Shown here: one piece after another, positions 16,356-29,601 of the stretch | Layout of the letters: each line of letters begins with the position of its first letter | Position numbering within the stretch: position 1 is the stretch's first letter | Assembly: GCA_951406725.2 (NCBI GenBank) | Contig: OX597824.1 | Location: forward strand, 63,054,001 to 63,118,000 | DNA from: Octopus vulgaris | Lineage: Eukaryota | Reading direction: 5' to 3' | DNA: 64,000 nt | Translations under genes and position numbers: made by a program | Notes under the pieces: model-generated | Database searches by the model: none | Told to the model about the DNA's origin: nothing | What the model saw: only the letters and a program-made list of their open reading frames with translations

Positions 16356-16525
16356 AACAATTACAGTGTGTAAGGTGTTTAGAAGCCAATTAAAACAAAC
16401 AAAAACCTGTCACGGTCTCAAAGCGACGAAAATATTTTGGCAAACTAAATTTAAATGTTGAAGTGAATCTAACGGTTTTTGTGTGTTTTAAATGGCTTCT
16501 AAACAACTTCCACACTGCAATTGTT
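16356..16525. repeat. Imperfect inverted repeat, ~52-bp arms
   Basis: aacaattacagtgtgtaaggtgtttagaagccaattaaaacaaacaaaaacc vs ggtttttgtgtgttttaaatggcttctaaacaacttccacactgcaattgtt. Confidence 0.8.
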
Positions 16526-16977
16526 TTCGTTCTAACTCTATATATCCACTTATTTGAGTATCTGTCTAATTATTTATGATTTCTTCTAACTCTATATATC
16601 TACCTGTTTGAGTATCTCTCTAACTTTGTATCTGTCTAATTATTTATGTATCTAATTTTTAATCTGTTTCTTTATTCACCTATTTCTCTACCTATGAAGC
16701 TATCTATCAATCAGTTTGTCTGCCACTTTGTGTAAGAAAGTGACAAAATATCACACTATCTATCGAACTACTTATTTATTTACCTCTCACGTATCTACAT
16801 ACCAATCTGTCTCTATTTGTTTTAAAAACCAAACTGAATTAGAATCCAGCATTAAAATCAAACAAAACTATACGTAATTTGGTGCTAGCATTTTTAATGT
16901 AGGGATCCTTAGAAAGTTACTTTGATATCATAGTGCAGTGAGAATAAATGTTAATCAAAGGTAGTTATTATTATTAT

Positions 16978-17395
16978 TGAGTGAGAGAGCAGCGCATACC
17001 ATGAAAGTGATACTGGGGAACAAATATACGTAGCCCAATATATATATATCATGATTACTCGTCTGATAAGGCCTTACTTGCCACAAGCATGAAGATCATA
17101 TGTGCGTTATATAGTGATCTTATTTCAGGATAAACAGTGCATAACCATGCAGGTGGGGCCCAGTTACAATCTTTCTTCAGCTTGAGTAACTCAGCTCGCA
17201 CAAAAGGTCCCTGAATAAGAGTTGTTTAACGATAATGAACGAAATATCCATGTTTCTAGGGGTAAATTATTCAAGCCCCAATGAATATCTCTCAGCATAT
17301 GACTATAAATTCTCCGCTACTACTCTTAAGATTGAGTAACTCACAAGCAATTCTGTGGTCTTGGGAAGAATATTTACTGTAATACCCTTTTTTTG
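16978..17395. mobile_element. Family C repeat, older diverged copy
   Basis: Colinear with 1343-1820 (cgtctgataagg, gcaggtgg.gcccagtta, caaaaggtccctgaataag). Confidence 0.75.
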
Positions 17396-17489
17396 TACGT
17401 GTTAGCACTTCCAAACAGCTAAGTTCAGAAGCCATGATAGCCACTCCTTATTGTTGCATCAGGGCATTGACCATTATTATCATTATTAA

Positions 17490-17758
<269 letters not shown>

Positions 17759-18431
17759 AGGTACCGTGATAAGAGGATTTAAGTTGGAAACTTAAAGACA
17801 TCAAATGGAGAATCCGCTTTATATCCAAACCCTATTTCAACGGATCTAGAAAATGTTTAGTGTATTCGTTTAAAAAGCTGTATCTACACAACACTTGAGA
17901 ACCTCCAATGAATACATAAATTCGAGGGACGAGATTTTTTCTTTACGTCCACTTTTCAAAATATACATCTGGTTGGAATTTAAAAGTAGGTAACCGGACA
18001 CTTAGTAAGCCATTAACATCTGGTTTACATCTGCTTGACATCGAATTATTGTAACATGGATTATCTCTTGTGTTTTTGTCTTTTTCTCGAGAAGCATCTC
18101 TTATTTAAACGTTATCTACCTATGAAACAACTGACAAACGGTTTTGCTTTCAGCTGGATAAATGGCGGAATAAATTATTATTCCGACCAGGATGCCCTGG
18201 GTAGTTATTTGCAAACCAAACCAAGAGGAGAATGGAGATTTATTCACATCCAAAACTTTTTATAAAGAAAGTTGTCTACAGCATATATAACACTAACCAA
18301 CATATGTTTATACTGCAGCAGCTACACATTGCTCTGGATGGAATTATACATCCTACTCGCTGCAATTTCATAAAGGGTCTATCACTTGCGACGTTTTCAA
18401 AGTGAACTATAAGCTTCCGGCGTTGGTATTC

Positions 18432-18509
<78 letters not shown>
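18432..18509. repeat. (AGT)n microsatellite
   Basis: Directly visible. Confidence 0.95.
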
Positions 18510-19599
18510 TCTTTGCAAATCTATGTCGGTTTTACTCCGATGATATTCTATTTCGTTTCTGTTTCAAATACATTTCCTGTCATCAAGATTGAAGATTTTC
18601 AAATGTGATAAATTCTCATACGCGAGACATTCTGCTGAGAACGAAATAATCTTGAAATTTATTTCATACATTTAATTTAAATTAAGATTTCTTGCTAATT
18701 AAAAACAAACAAATAATGTCTGGTTTATTAAATAGAAAAAAACAAAAGAACAGGTTATTGCTAATTAGTTTCATTGTTCCAGCAATTTCGTTAGAATGGA
18801 CACAATGTTATCAAAACATTAATTATTTTTGCACTTTCAAGAGAGTTTCAATTGTATAAGACAAATGTTGAAGTGGTTAAGGTGATATAGTATTATTACT
18901 ATATGACGATTTCCTCTCATTTTTTTCACGTTATTATATTTGTCAACAATCATTTATATATCTATATTTATATAAAAGAGAAAATAATTAAGATGACTAA
19001 GTAGAAGGATGTAAACTTAGTTTTGAAAGCATTGGTCGGTTATAAAGAATAAATGTTTAAAGTATGTGTTAATCTATTATAATTGTAAAAGTATAAATGT
19101 GATAAAGGTACTTAATTTCAAAATATTGTTTGTAAACATAACTATAATTTGTATGATATTAATACAATCATAAAAGTTTAGGTACAGAAGTATATGTCAA
19201 TTAAACTGATTCTAGTTGATTCTTTCCTGTGTTTCCGTTGAAAAATAAAGTTGTCATCGGTCTCATTTGAACTATGTATATAAGGGACGTAATTAAATAA
19301 GGAAAAATAATTTGTTCATTGCCCTCAGACCGTGTTATCGGTTCTCCTCCTTCATAGAAATAATTATTTCACATAAGGGTATAAACCTCCTACAGATGAG
19401 TTTAGCCAAATCAGCTAATCGAATTTCATGTTACACTTATATTTTGCTGACTGCAGAAGTATAAAAACCGAAGGCCACTCGAACCACATTTGAAAAGGGA
19501 TTGTAGATAATATTAGGTAGATGCCACAATATCTTCATTTCAATGTTTTAGCGATTAGGCCAGCTCAATTTTCTCATTTGAAAAAAAACACGAAAAGAA

Positions 19600-19760
19600 A
19601 AAGAATGGCAGAGTTATGAAGAAAAAGAAAATCTAGTCATGAACATTATTAACTAAGTCATGTATGCCTGGATAGTAGATTATCTCAAAAGAGGTAATTC
19701 AATCTGTTCCCCGTTTGTGATTTGAAAGAGATACAATTGCTACGAGCATCTGCACAGGGC
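19600..19760 (+). pseudogene. Possible pogo/Tigger (CENP-B-type HTH) transposase relic
   Basis: RVMKKKKSSHE followed by VMYAWIVDYLKRGNSICSPFVI*K resembles the LYxWFxxxRxxGxPISGP HTH_Tnp_Tc5 pattern. Very decayed. Confidence 0.3.
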
Positions 19761-22700
19761 CTCTGTAATATGATATGAGTTCTGCATATACTACACTCTA
19801 CCGGTATGAAGACCTTGCCTAACATACCTGGCTTCATTTTCTTTGATATTTTCTTCCAGTTCAAAAAATATACCCTGCAATGGAAGATATTGTGCCCTCA
19901 AAATTTACCAATCTGTTTCTGTCATATCCCCCTGTCAATGATGATGTCAGCAACTTCACTAAAATTGGTGTTGCATTTAGATAAAATGCTATTATTTCAG
20001 GAAGTGTATGTCTTTCGTAAAGCTTTCAAACCCGCTAAGGACAAGAATCTTAAATTTTTTTATGCAAACATGTGGTTAGCTGTAGATATGTTTATCTCAA
20101 AAGTTACTTAATTAAAATAAATAGTTTCGAATTTAAAATATATGAGAGACAGTCAGGAATATTTCGATTGGATGCTCATTATTTTTGTCTGTAAAATTAA
20201 TTCTACTGATAAATATTAAAGCTAGCGATGTCTGGTGTTATAATGTTTATATGTCTAGTATTTTGTAGAATGGAAATGTTTTAATACAAGTTTGAAAATG
20301 AGATTGTAATTCTGTAAACAACAAAACTAATGATTTCATTCTAAAGTGAGTACAACTCGCTTAAGACATGATTTGCTAATTGTTTTATGTAGTAATCAGC
20401 AAATAATTAGACGCTGTCTCGGCCATCATACGCTAGCGTCAACTGAGACGAGGATGTGACTGATAAAGTGAGAGGGGGCTGCACTAACAGTCAGCTGGTA
20501 AGCACTCCACTTGAGTAGACGGGATCAACGTGAAATGTATCTGCATTTCTTAATGACACAACTCGCCACTTGATCCAGGAAAAAGAAATTCACAACATCT
20601 TGAACATGAACAGAACACTGTTGACACTCAGACACATCCACCTCCCGGTATAATTCTCAATAAGATATAGATTATGTGCAACGGCGAACACTGATTCGTG
20701 TCTTTATATACAAGCATTTCTAATGTCTGCCATATATCGGACAAAGTTATTAGCGACCATAAAAAGAAATGCATTATGATTGATATAGTATATCCCTTGC
20801 AATAAAAGAAACGGGAAAATCGAACTTCAAAGCTTTATAGATGGAAAAGTCACTCACATAAACGCTCTGACACACGAGTAAGCACTTTCGGTCCCTTCAT
20901 GTCTTCTTCTCTCTCTTCCTTTTGAGAATAATAATGATTATATTGTCAGTTACTACAACAAGGCTATGGTGGCATTTAATTGTCGTAAATAAAATGAAAA
21001 AGGGCCACAAAATCAGCAATTTACATGCGTTCACCTTCAACCCTAACACAGCAAAAATATTTCCTTTGTGATGCATTCACATCTTTTGTGCACACAGGCA
21101 AAGAAATGAATAGATTGTAACAAATCATACAATTCCCTGCCTACACAGGTCACCGTACGAACAGAGATACAAATTACATAGTCCATAGAATAATTTATGG
21201 AAGGACAACAATGGATGGAATACATATTGAAAGAAAAATAAGTATATCCAAGCGTGTGTCTTGTCTTGTATGCGTTAATTCTTTGTTGCTCCAGTTGGTG
21301 TATTCCTCGCTATGATAATAGAGGTGGTTGAACGTTAGGTCGAATATTTTCTCCCCAATAACCATGCCGTGATAGGGAGAATTTGAACTCAAAGCATTAA
21401 AGAGACGGAACACCGGCCATAGACAGACACAGAACACCTACTGCCAAACCATTCTATATCCGATACTTCAATGATTCTCCGATTCGTCACCTTACTAAAA
21501 CACAGAAAAAATATTCAAGTCTATTATTATAACTCGATAATATTATTATATTTGCATCATCTCCAGTAGTAGCAGCAGCAGCAATATCAGCATAGTCGTC
21601 AATAGCATCACGTAAAAGAGAAAATATGGGGTGTGTATTCCATAATACCGTTAGAAATAACGTCTCAAGATTTATAAACAGTCGATCGTACTTTCACCCT
21701 GAATCTTTCTCAAACTAAAATAGTGGGATCAAGACGTCATTTTCCAAAAAAATTTGTGAATGTTTTGTGATTTACAGGAATAGAAAATCAATTTCCGTGA
21801 ATCTGTCTCTAAATAAATGCACTTTTCATTCACCTCAGAAAACAAACATAGTACAATCATAACAATACGTTTTTATTGTTAATTATATACACCGACGCAA
21901 AAGTTTCCTAGGATGCACGTTACCAGGCATAAGAACAAAATATATTCACATTGACTTCTTCACCTGTAGCTACTATCAGAATCTATCAGATTTAATAAAG
22001 AGACAGAGCAGTAGCATAAAAACTGAACCCTGTATGATTACATCACAAATGGCATATAGTGGCTCCTAGCAGGTAGACGCATGTCAATTATGATGTTTAG
22101 TTTGGCTGTACAAAACAGAACAGTCAGCCAAAGCTAAATAGTCAGAACAGTCAGCAAAAGCTTTTGATCTTTTGGTTGGTGCACAGTGAGAGATAGATAG
22201 GCAGACATTTATAGTGTCGTACAACATGCCATACACTATTTAAGTTTCCTATTCAAATTGTGCCGTGTACCATTCTGCCTTCTCTATGTTTTGAAGTAAT
22301 ATAGCAAGTACCAGTTGACATGGACTTCGATTACATGATTTCCTTACCAAAAGTATCTGACCCTTTAATAATACTAAAGGGTTTTATTGTTAAAGCTATA
22401 GAAGTTTTATTCTCATTTAAGAAGAATCACTTATTTTAATTATCTTCCTATTGAAATATGAACACCACCCTATTGATATGTGGAGTTAACCAATGTAATA
22501 TAACGTTAAATTTTACGAGTGACACAAGGTTACACAACACAGGGTATATTTCATTAAATCCACCATATTTATTTTATCGAGAATAGAAGGGAGATGTTGA
22601 AGTTAACACCAGCTAAATGTGAACTCAGAACATGAAGAGCTTCCAATTAAATACAATCGGAAACTTCACAATGCGAGGGAAAAAGATACGTAGCATTTTG

Positions 22701-22789
22701 TGAAATCTAAAACCTGGAACTAGAAATCTCGACTTCAGCCGATTATAAATAATCAAATTTCCGTTATTCTAAAAAAAAGTTTACAATAT

Positions 22790-23392
22790 TGATTTCAAAT
22801 TTGGCGCAATGCCATCAGTTTCGAGGAAGGGAGTACGTAGATTAGATTAACACCGGTGCTCAATTGGTGTTCATGTTATCAATACCGAAATAATGAAAGT
22901 AAAGTTGACGTGGGCTGAATCTGTACTCGCAGCGTAAAGACGGACTAAATGCCGCTAAGCATCTTGTCCGTCGTGCAAACGATTTTGCCAGCTCACCGCC
23001 TTGAACACATTTAATATTGGTTTAACTTTCGTTGCAGAAGACCAGCATCGACTCCAGTTATCAGCTGGTATTTTATCGACACCGAGAGAATGTAACGCAA
23101 CGTAGAGTTCGGTGGTACTCAACGTACAGACAGACAAAATACAACTAAAGAGTCTGCCCGGTGTGCTAACTGTTCTGCCAACTCGCCGCCCTGAACACAC
23201 TTTATATTGTATGCAGTTTAAAGCGACGAGCTGGCAGAATCTTTAGTACGCCAGGCAAAATGATTAGTGCCATTTCATCCGTCCTTACGTTCTGAGTCCA
23301 TATCCCACCTAGGTAGACTTTGCCTTTCGAGGTCGAGAAAATCAGTACTAGACCCTCCAAATTACTAGCCTTCAGCCAAAATTTTAAATCAA
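22790..23392. mobile_element. Cluster of diverged SINE family B copies (two on minus to ~23192, one on plus from ~23220)
   Basis: Recurrent ctgccagctcaccgcc / gcgacgagctggcagaat heads and body motifs. Confidence 0.7.
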
Positions 23393-25301
23393 CATTGTAT
23401 GCAGTTTTTCGATGCTATGATCAATAAGGACGTACTTGTTTACATGTATTTCCCTCTCGCGCTCTCTCTCACACACACACATGCATACATGCTCAGACCT
23501 GAAAACGTATGTGTGTATGTATTACCCAACGAGTATTCGAAATATAATCGTTGCAGTGAAAATATGGAAGTACTGAAGAAACTAATTTCATAATAACATT
23601 TTTGTCAGTGATAATTATTCATACAATTGATCAGGTTATACATTTCTGTAAAGTTGCCATGGTTGGCAAAGTTTAGGTTTCTGTTCTTGAATTTAAAATA
23701 AATGGAATTGGCAAAACTTGTAAAACTGAACAACTTTATAGAAACTGAGACACCATGGCTGTCAGAGCAAGGTTGATGGTGATTGCGTACGAAAGCGTAT
23801 AAATAGTGCATGGAAGAGACCGTTCAGGAACACTCAATAAATTATTATTTGTGATAGCAGTAACGACCGCTAAGTACATTCATATTAATTATCCACACTG
23901 CCAAGCGATAGATGCCAATGATATGTAGCAGGTAATTTTACAACACATCACACATAACCCTCGAGCAAACGCTTTTTTGCCCACTCTAACAGATATGATA
24001 TTAATTTCATTTAAAGTTTAACTATCTGAAGAATCCTAAATTAATATTCAATGATATTTCATTTTCATAATCTTATTTACAGATGCGCACTTTATCTTTC
24101 CGCTAAGTTTAGGCATGCACAGTTGTGTTATATCTTCATTGCCAAATTTATATATAATGTTAAAATGATCAAATCTGATAGGTTGTATTACGAAAGTAGC
24201 GATTCTATTTAGTAGCCGATTACTCGATTCACCTAAAGCGCTATTTTACATATTAGAAATCACGGTTGAAACTATTCTAATTTCGTTTGATTTATTGATG
24301 TAATTATATAACAGCAGAATTCACCATTCACTCTCTTCTGAACACAATAGAATTTGAATGTACGTAGTCTCACAGACGATATAATGTAAATTTGGTAGTT
24401 TGCCGGTTTTAAACTATACTCTTATCCCATTAATAAATATTGCCTTTTCCTTGGGCAGTATGTTTTACATTACTTGCTTCAGGATAATCGACTTACTGAT
24501 TAGATTTACTGAAATTTACTGATTACTAGTTGACAACAGTCATAATTACTATGATTAAAGCATTTAATAAAGCTACTTAGTTGTGTAAAGCAACAATTGA
24601 AAGAATACTAGACAAACAAACGAGGTAGAATTTCCGTATCTTGTCAGTGGTACTATGTCTAAAATTCTAAAACGATGACCAAAATATTACACAGTCTACA
24701 TCCCTCTCAGCCTAGCTCTTAATTGCTGCCACTAAATAACATATTTCAAATCGATAAACTTCGATACAATATAAAATTTCTGAAGTTATATGTTAGGTTG
24801 TTCTGCAGATTTATATTCCCATACAGTAGCATGAATATTTATCACAGACTTTCTAATCAAAAGATTACTAGCTAATGAGCTCTGCATTGGTTCTTTTTTA
24901 TCATTTACTTATTTCAGTCATTAGGATGCGGCCATGCTTGAGCACCGCCTTGTAGCATATTTAGTCGAATGAATACTCCCCAGTATATATTCCTTTTTAA
25001 GCCCGATACTTATTCTAACGGTCACTTTTGCCGAACCAGTAAGTTACGCCGAAGTAAACACACTCTCACCGGTTGTCAAGCAATGGTGGGGGAAAACACA
25101 GCCAAAAAGAGAAACACACTCATGCACACGCGCGCGCATATATATATATATATACATCTCATATATATCGTATACAACGGACTTCTTTCAGTTTCCACTC
25201 ACAAGGCTTTGGTTGGTCAAGTCTACAGTAGAAGGCACCTGCCACAGGTGTCACGCAGTTGGATGGAATCCGGAGTGACGTGGTTGGGAAGCAAGCTTCT
25301 T

Positions 25302-27640
25302 TATTTCATTACATTTGCCATAAAGGCAGTACATAGAGTAAAGTAGCTTTTGACGAGGACATTAATGAAATGAATGATAATGGGAGATGATAAGGATGGG
25401 AGTAGACAAAAAGTGCCCGCCGACTTCTGCTTCTTTAAAACATTGTTCTTTAAAACCAAACACAAAACGAGGTATTAAACCTCTTACAACTTTTACAACT
25501 TTTCAATTTTTGGACTTAACAGTCCATTACAAACAACAACATAGTTCAATAATTACATATAATATAAATACAATACATAAAGCCCCTCCTCCTAGACCTG
25601 GCTTACACTTCCCTTAGGAATGCGCCAGCTCTAGGTCGGGGCCCCTCAAGTCGTATCACATAAAAAATACATTATCACTATTCCCTTCCTCCTCTTTCCA
25701 GACCTCCAGTCAAATATCTAGCCGCCTGCAGAGCAGACCACGTTGACAGCCGGGGAGTTCAGAAAGAAAGCGAAGTGCCTATTATCAAATGTTTGTGTCA
25801 CACAGTTCCACAATTTATGACTCATCCTCAAAATAACTTGTGCCCGTATCCTCTGCCATCCTCCACGCCTTCTCCAAAACCGAATCGAGTTCCGTGTCAG
25901 CATTGCCCGGGTACAAGCGATATCCCTCATTGAGCTCCTTCAGCCCAAACGTCACGTCGAACGTCATGGCCTCCACAGCTATCTGCGGAGGCCATTCGGG
26001 GTCCTGTGTGAAGGCTAAAGGTGCTCCCTTATGGTGCTTTTCTATCACCTTTTCAATATCTCCGCCTCTATGGAAGAAGATTAATACATCGTCTTTCCCT
26101 GGGGGCGGGATATCCAATTCCTTCATTGGCGGCACAGTTCCCGCCAGCGGTGTTTCTTCTCCTGCCGGTGGCACAACCCCAACCGACGTAGTTCCGGGAC
26201 ATTCCGTTACTATGTCACCGACTGCCGGCAATATCCCGTTTCTCTTCCTCTTTTTTTTCTTTTCAACTGAGGGAGGGTGCGTCTCCTCCGTGGCCGGAAG
26301 ATTCGCCTTCCCCTCCTCATCCCTAGGATCCTTCGGTGAGCACCCATTGTTGCTCACCTTCTTCCTCTTTCGGCCCCAGTTTGAGGAGTCCTCCGCTTCC
26401 TCGGCCGTCTTCATTCCCTCTTCTACAGGGGCCTCACTTGACTGCTCCGGGACCTTATTTTGTTCCCAGGGACAGTTTTTCTTTATATGACCGGACTCCA
26501 AGCACCGATGACACCTGGGGGCGACCCTCAAGTATCACCGGGTACCTGCACCCGGCCATTTTCAAAAAATCTGGAAAAACCAGATTGGCTGATTGGGTCC
26601 AAAGGGTCAACATTGCTTTTGACTCAACCCAAACAGCCGCAGGAAGAACTTTCACATTAAGAAGCTTGGTCCCGCTGCTACCCAGACCCCGGCGGATAGT
26701 CTCCTCTATCCACTCGGGTTTTATCCCGGGTGGCAGCCCGCAGATCCAAGCTTTCGTCAACCTCTTCCCATGATACGTGGGAAGAAATAAAATTTCCTCA
26801 CCTTCCAAGGGTTCACTAGCAAATTTGCGAGCCTCTTGAGGGGTATCAAAAAGCAACCACACCGTTGCATATCTGACACCCCTGGAAATGAATTTAATTG
26901 TTGGCAAATACTCTGCCAACTCCTTTTCAATTGCCGTTTTTTCGAATAGGGCGATGGTGTCGAGTGACTTGGAGTAGGTTCTCAACGCCACTGTCCTATC
27001 TTCACGGTCTTTTAACCACTTTTTAGGCGGTATAATCTCCCACTCCAAGGCAGTGGCTTCATTCTTCCTTGCCATGTGTAAAAAGTTCAAACAAAGTTCA
27101 CAATAGATTTAAAAATGAAGAAAGATATAAAAAAAAGAAAGAAGACACAACAGAAGGGAAGAAAAAAATAAAATAACAGTGCAATAAAGTTTTTGTTCCG
27201 AACCAAATGATAGACACGAAGAAGAGTTCAAATGATAGCAAAGAAAGCAATTTTCAGCCGAAAGTACTCCTGGCCAATAATCCACAGAGAATAAAATTTT
27301 CAATAATTTTCTTTTTTTCTTCGGCCGAAAGGTACTCCAGGCCTCTGTATAATCCACAGGTAAAAAATAATTTCTCACAATTACGTGAGAAAACACATAT
27401 CTCCACTGCAAGGCAGATAAAAACTCTGAATCCAGTAAGGACTCCTTGCTAGTACAAAAAATAAAACCTACAAGCAACAAATCCTACTGGACTCAAGAAG
27501 CAAAAAGTCTTACCTTACAGTAGAGCGTCTTTTAATTCACCAGCTGCACACCAGCGTGGTGACTTCAGTTCAATTTTCGCCAGCTGCAAATCAGCGTCGC
27601 GACTTCAACAGCGAGTGAAGAACAACTAACGACCGGAACC
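25302..27640 (-). mobile_element. Non-autonomous ORF1(Gag)-only non-LTR retroelement with 15-bp TSD
   Basis: TSD ggaagcaagcttctt at 25287-25301 and 27641-27655. ~565-nt 5' UTR, one ORF1-like gene, ~500-nt 3' region ending in AATAAA at the junction. No RT. Confidence 0.85.
25815..27075 (-). pseudogene. LINE ORF1/Gag-like protein: RRM-like region, CCHC knuckle, disordered basic tail. One frameshift at the G5 run 26517-26521
   Basis: ORF 26455-27090 (MARKNE..YPVILEGRP) joins ORF 25815-26531 (RCHRCLESGHIKKNC). This is the L1/Tx1-type ORF1 layout. NLS-like GRKRKK and KKKKRKR. Confidence 0.8.
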
Positions 27641-27814
27641 GGAAGCAAGCTTCTTACCACACTGCCGTGCTTGCATCTATAACTTCGTATAAAGATAACA
27701 AAAACCGTGCGTAGAAATTTGAGAGCAGAAGACTACAAAACTTCCTGTGCATATTTTGAACAAAGTGTTTCGATTCTCAGGTAGGGAACGTTACACTTGA
27801 CATTGGTTTCACTT

Positions 27815-28048
27815 CTTATTTCTTTATTGCACACAAGGGGCTAAACATAGAGGTGACAAACAAGGACAGACAAACGGATTAAGTCGATTGCATCGACCCC
27901 AGTGCGTTACTGGTACTTAATTTATCGACCACGAAATATGAAAGGCAAAGTCGACTTCGGCAGAATTTGAACTAAGAACGTAAGGACGGACGAAATACCG
28001 TTAAGCATTTCTCCCGGCGTGCTAACGTTTCTAACAGCTCACCGCCTT
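27815..28048 (-). mobile_element. SINE family B copy
   Basis: Near-colinear with the head-containing monomer at 61130-61359. Confidence 0.8.
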
Positions 28049-28297
28049 TAATTTATCTTAACGGTAAATTGTATACAGTCAGTTTATATCGGTTTTCTTT
28101 GTACGAAAAATAATTTTCTATTTAATAACATCAATATGATATTTCCCTTCATTCTCTGCTAGCGTTTTTGAAATTTTCCTTCATTTTCTGCTGGAAATTT
28201 AAACGCTACGACATGTATAATTTTCGTGGAAGTTTTGTGTTGGTAGTCAACTAGTGCTAATTCCTATTTCCATTCTTACGCTCCCTTTCTCTTTCAG

Positions 28298-28410
28298 AAT
28301 ATCATTCGGCTTCGTCTACGATAGAACAATATGGCAGAATCGGGACTCCACCACATGTCACACTGATTATAAATAATACAGTGACGGTTGAAGTCCCACA
28401 AGTGACCTAA
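28298..28410 (+). other. Candidate terminal exon of an unidentified host gene
   Basis: Long polypyrimidine tract + ttcag acceptor, then a stop-free frame YHSASSTIEQYGRIGTPPHVTLIINNTVTVEVPQVT*. No homology recognised. Confidence 0.2.
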
Positions 28411-29401
28411 TATTTGCAATTGCTTTTACATGAACCGTATTTTCTGTCAGCCGCCTATTGCTGTTCATCATTGTCGCAAATGAGCATGTGTGTTACTCTA
28501 TCGACACATCTTATGTGTGTGTACGTGTATCGGCAGCATTACCTGTGCACATTCTAACGTTGTCTGCCAGATGATGGAATGCAAATTATATTACGCAAGG
28601 ATACTGACACATGAAGGTACACGCACACACACACACACACTTACATGCACAATCACTCACACTCACTCTCACATAAGTAGATGTTTCAACGGACATACAC
28701 AAAGCATAGGGGTTCGATTCATATATTTATTTATTACACCATGATATCCTGTGTAGGTAAATGAACCGTGGATTAGTACAATGACTTAACCCGTTATAAT
28801 GGATACTGTCGATTAACTGATAAAGAGGTATCGAGACGAATACAATAAAAGCCAGAACAGCGTAGATGCGGTTCGGCATAAAGAAACTATTTATGGCCGT
28901 TAAGTATTTGTAATAGAGCGCACATACCACATATATACAGCAGCGTGTGTGTGTGTGAGTATGTGAGTGTGTGTGTGTGTGTGTGTGTCATGGGAAATAG
29001 ATAGAGAGACAGATAGATAGAGAGATAGAAAGATAGAGAGATAGATAGATAGATAAATAGATAGATAGATAGATAGATATATAGACAGGTAGATAGACAG
29101 GTAGATAGACACAAGCAGAGAGACACACACACACAAATAAACATACAGACAGGTGGATAGAAAGATAATATCTAGGTAACAATCTTAATTTGTCAAGAAT
29201 GCTTTCAAAGCTTCTGAATCAGTTGTCAGTCATTTTTAAAAAGCATTCTTACAATCAAATCCGACACAACTTACCTTCAAAGTCCATGAATCAATGTATA
29301 TTTACTGAGACACTGAAAAACTTAGACAACGAATACGTGCAGGCTGTTCCGTTGATGGGATCAAACGGAAGAGTCTTCGTCGTTACCAACGTAGTGAGAG
29401 G

Positions 29402-29449
<48 letters not shown>

Positions 29450-29503
29450 GCACATAAATGCTTATATATAGATATGTATGTATAAATATTCTATACACGC
29501 ACA

Positions 29504-29601
<98 letters not shown>

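Larger units (their letters stand above)
24895..27680 (-). mobile_element. SINE family A copy split by the ORF1-only element (parts 24895-25301 and 27641-27680)
   Basis: SINE sequence tggttgggaagcaagcttctt resumes as ggaagcaagcttcttaccacactgcc on the far side of the insert. Confidence 0.8.
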
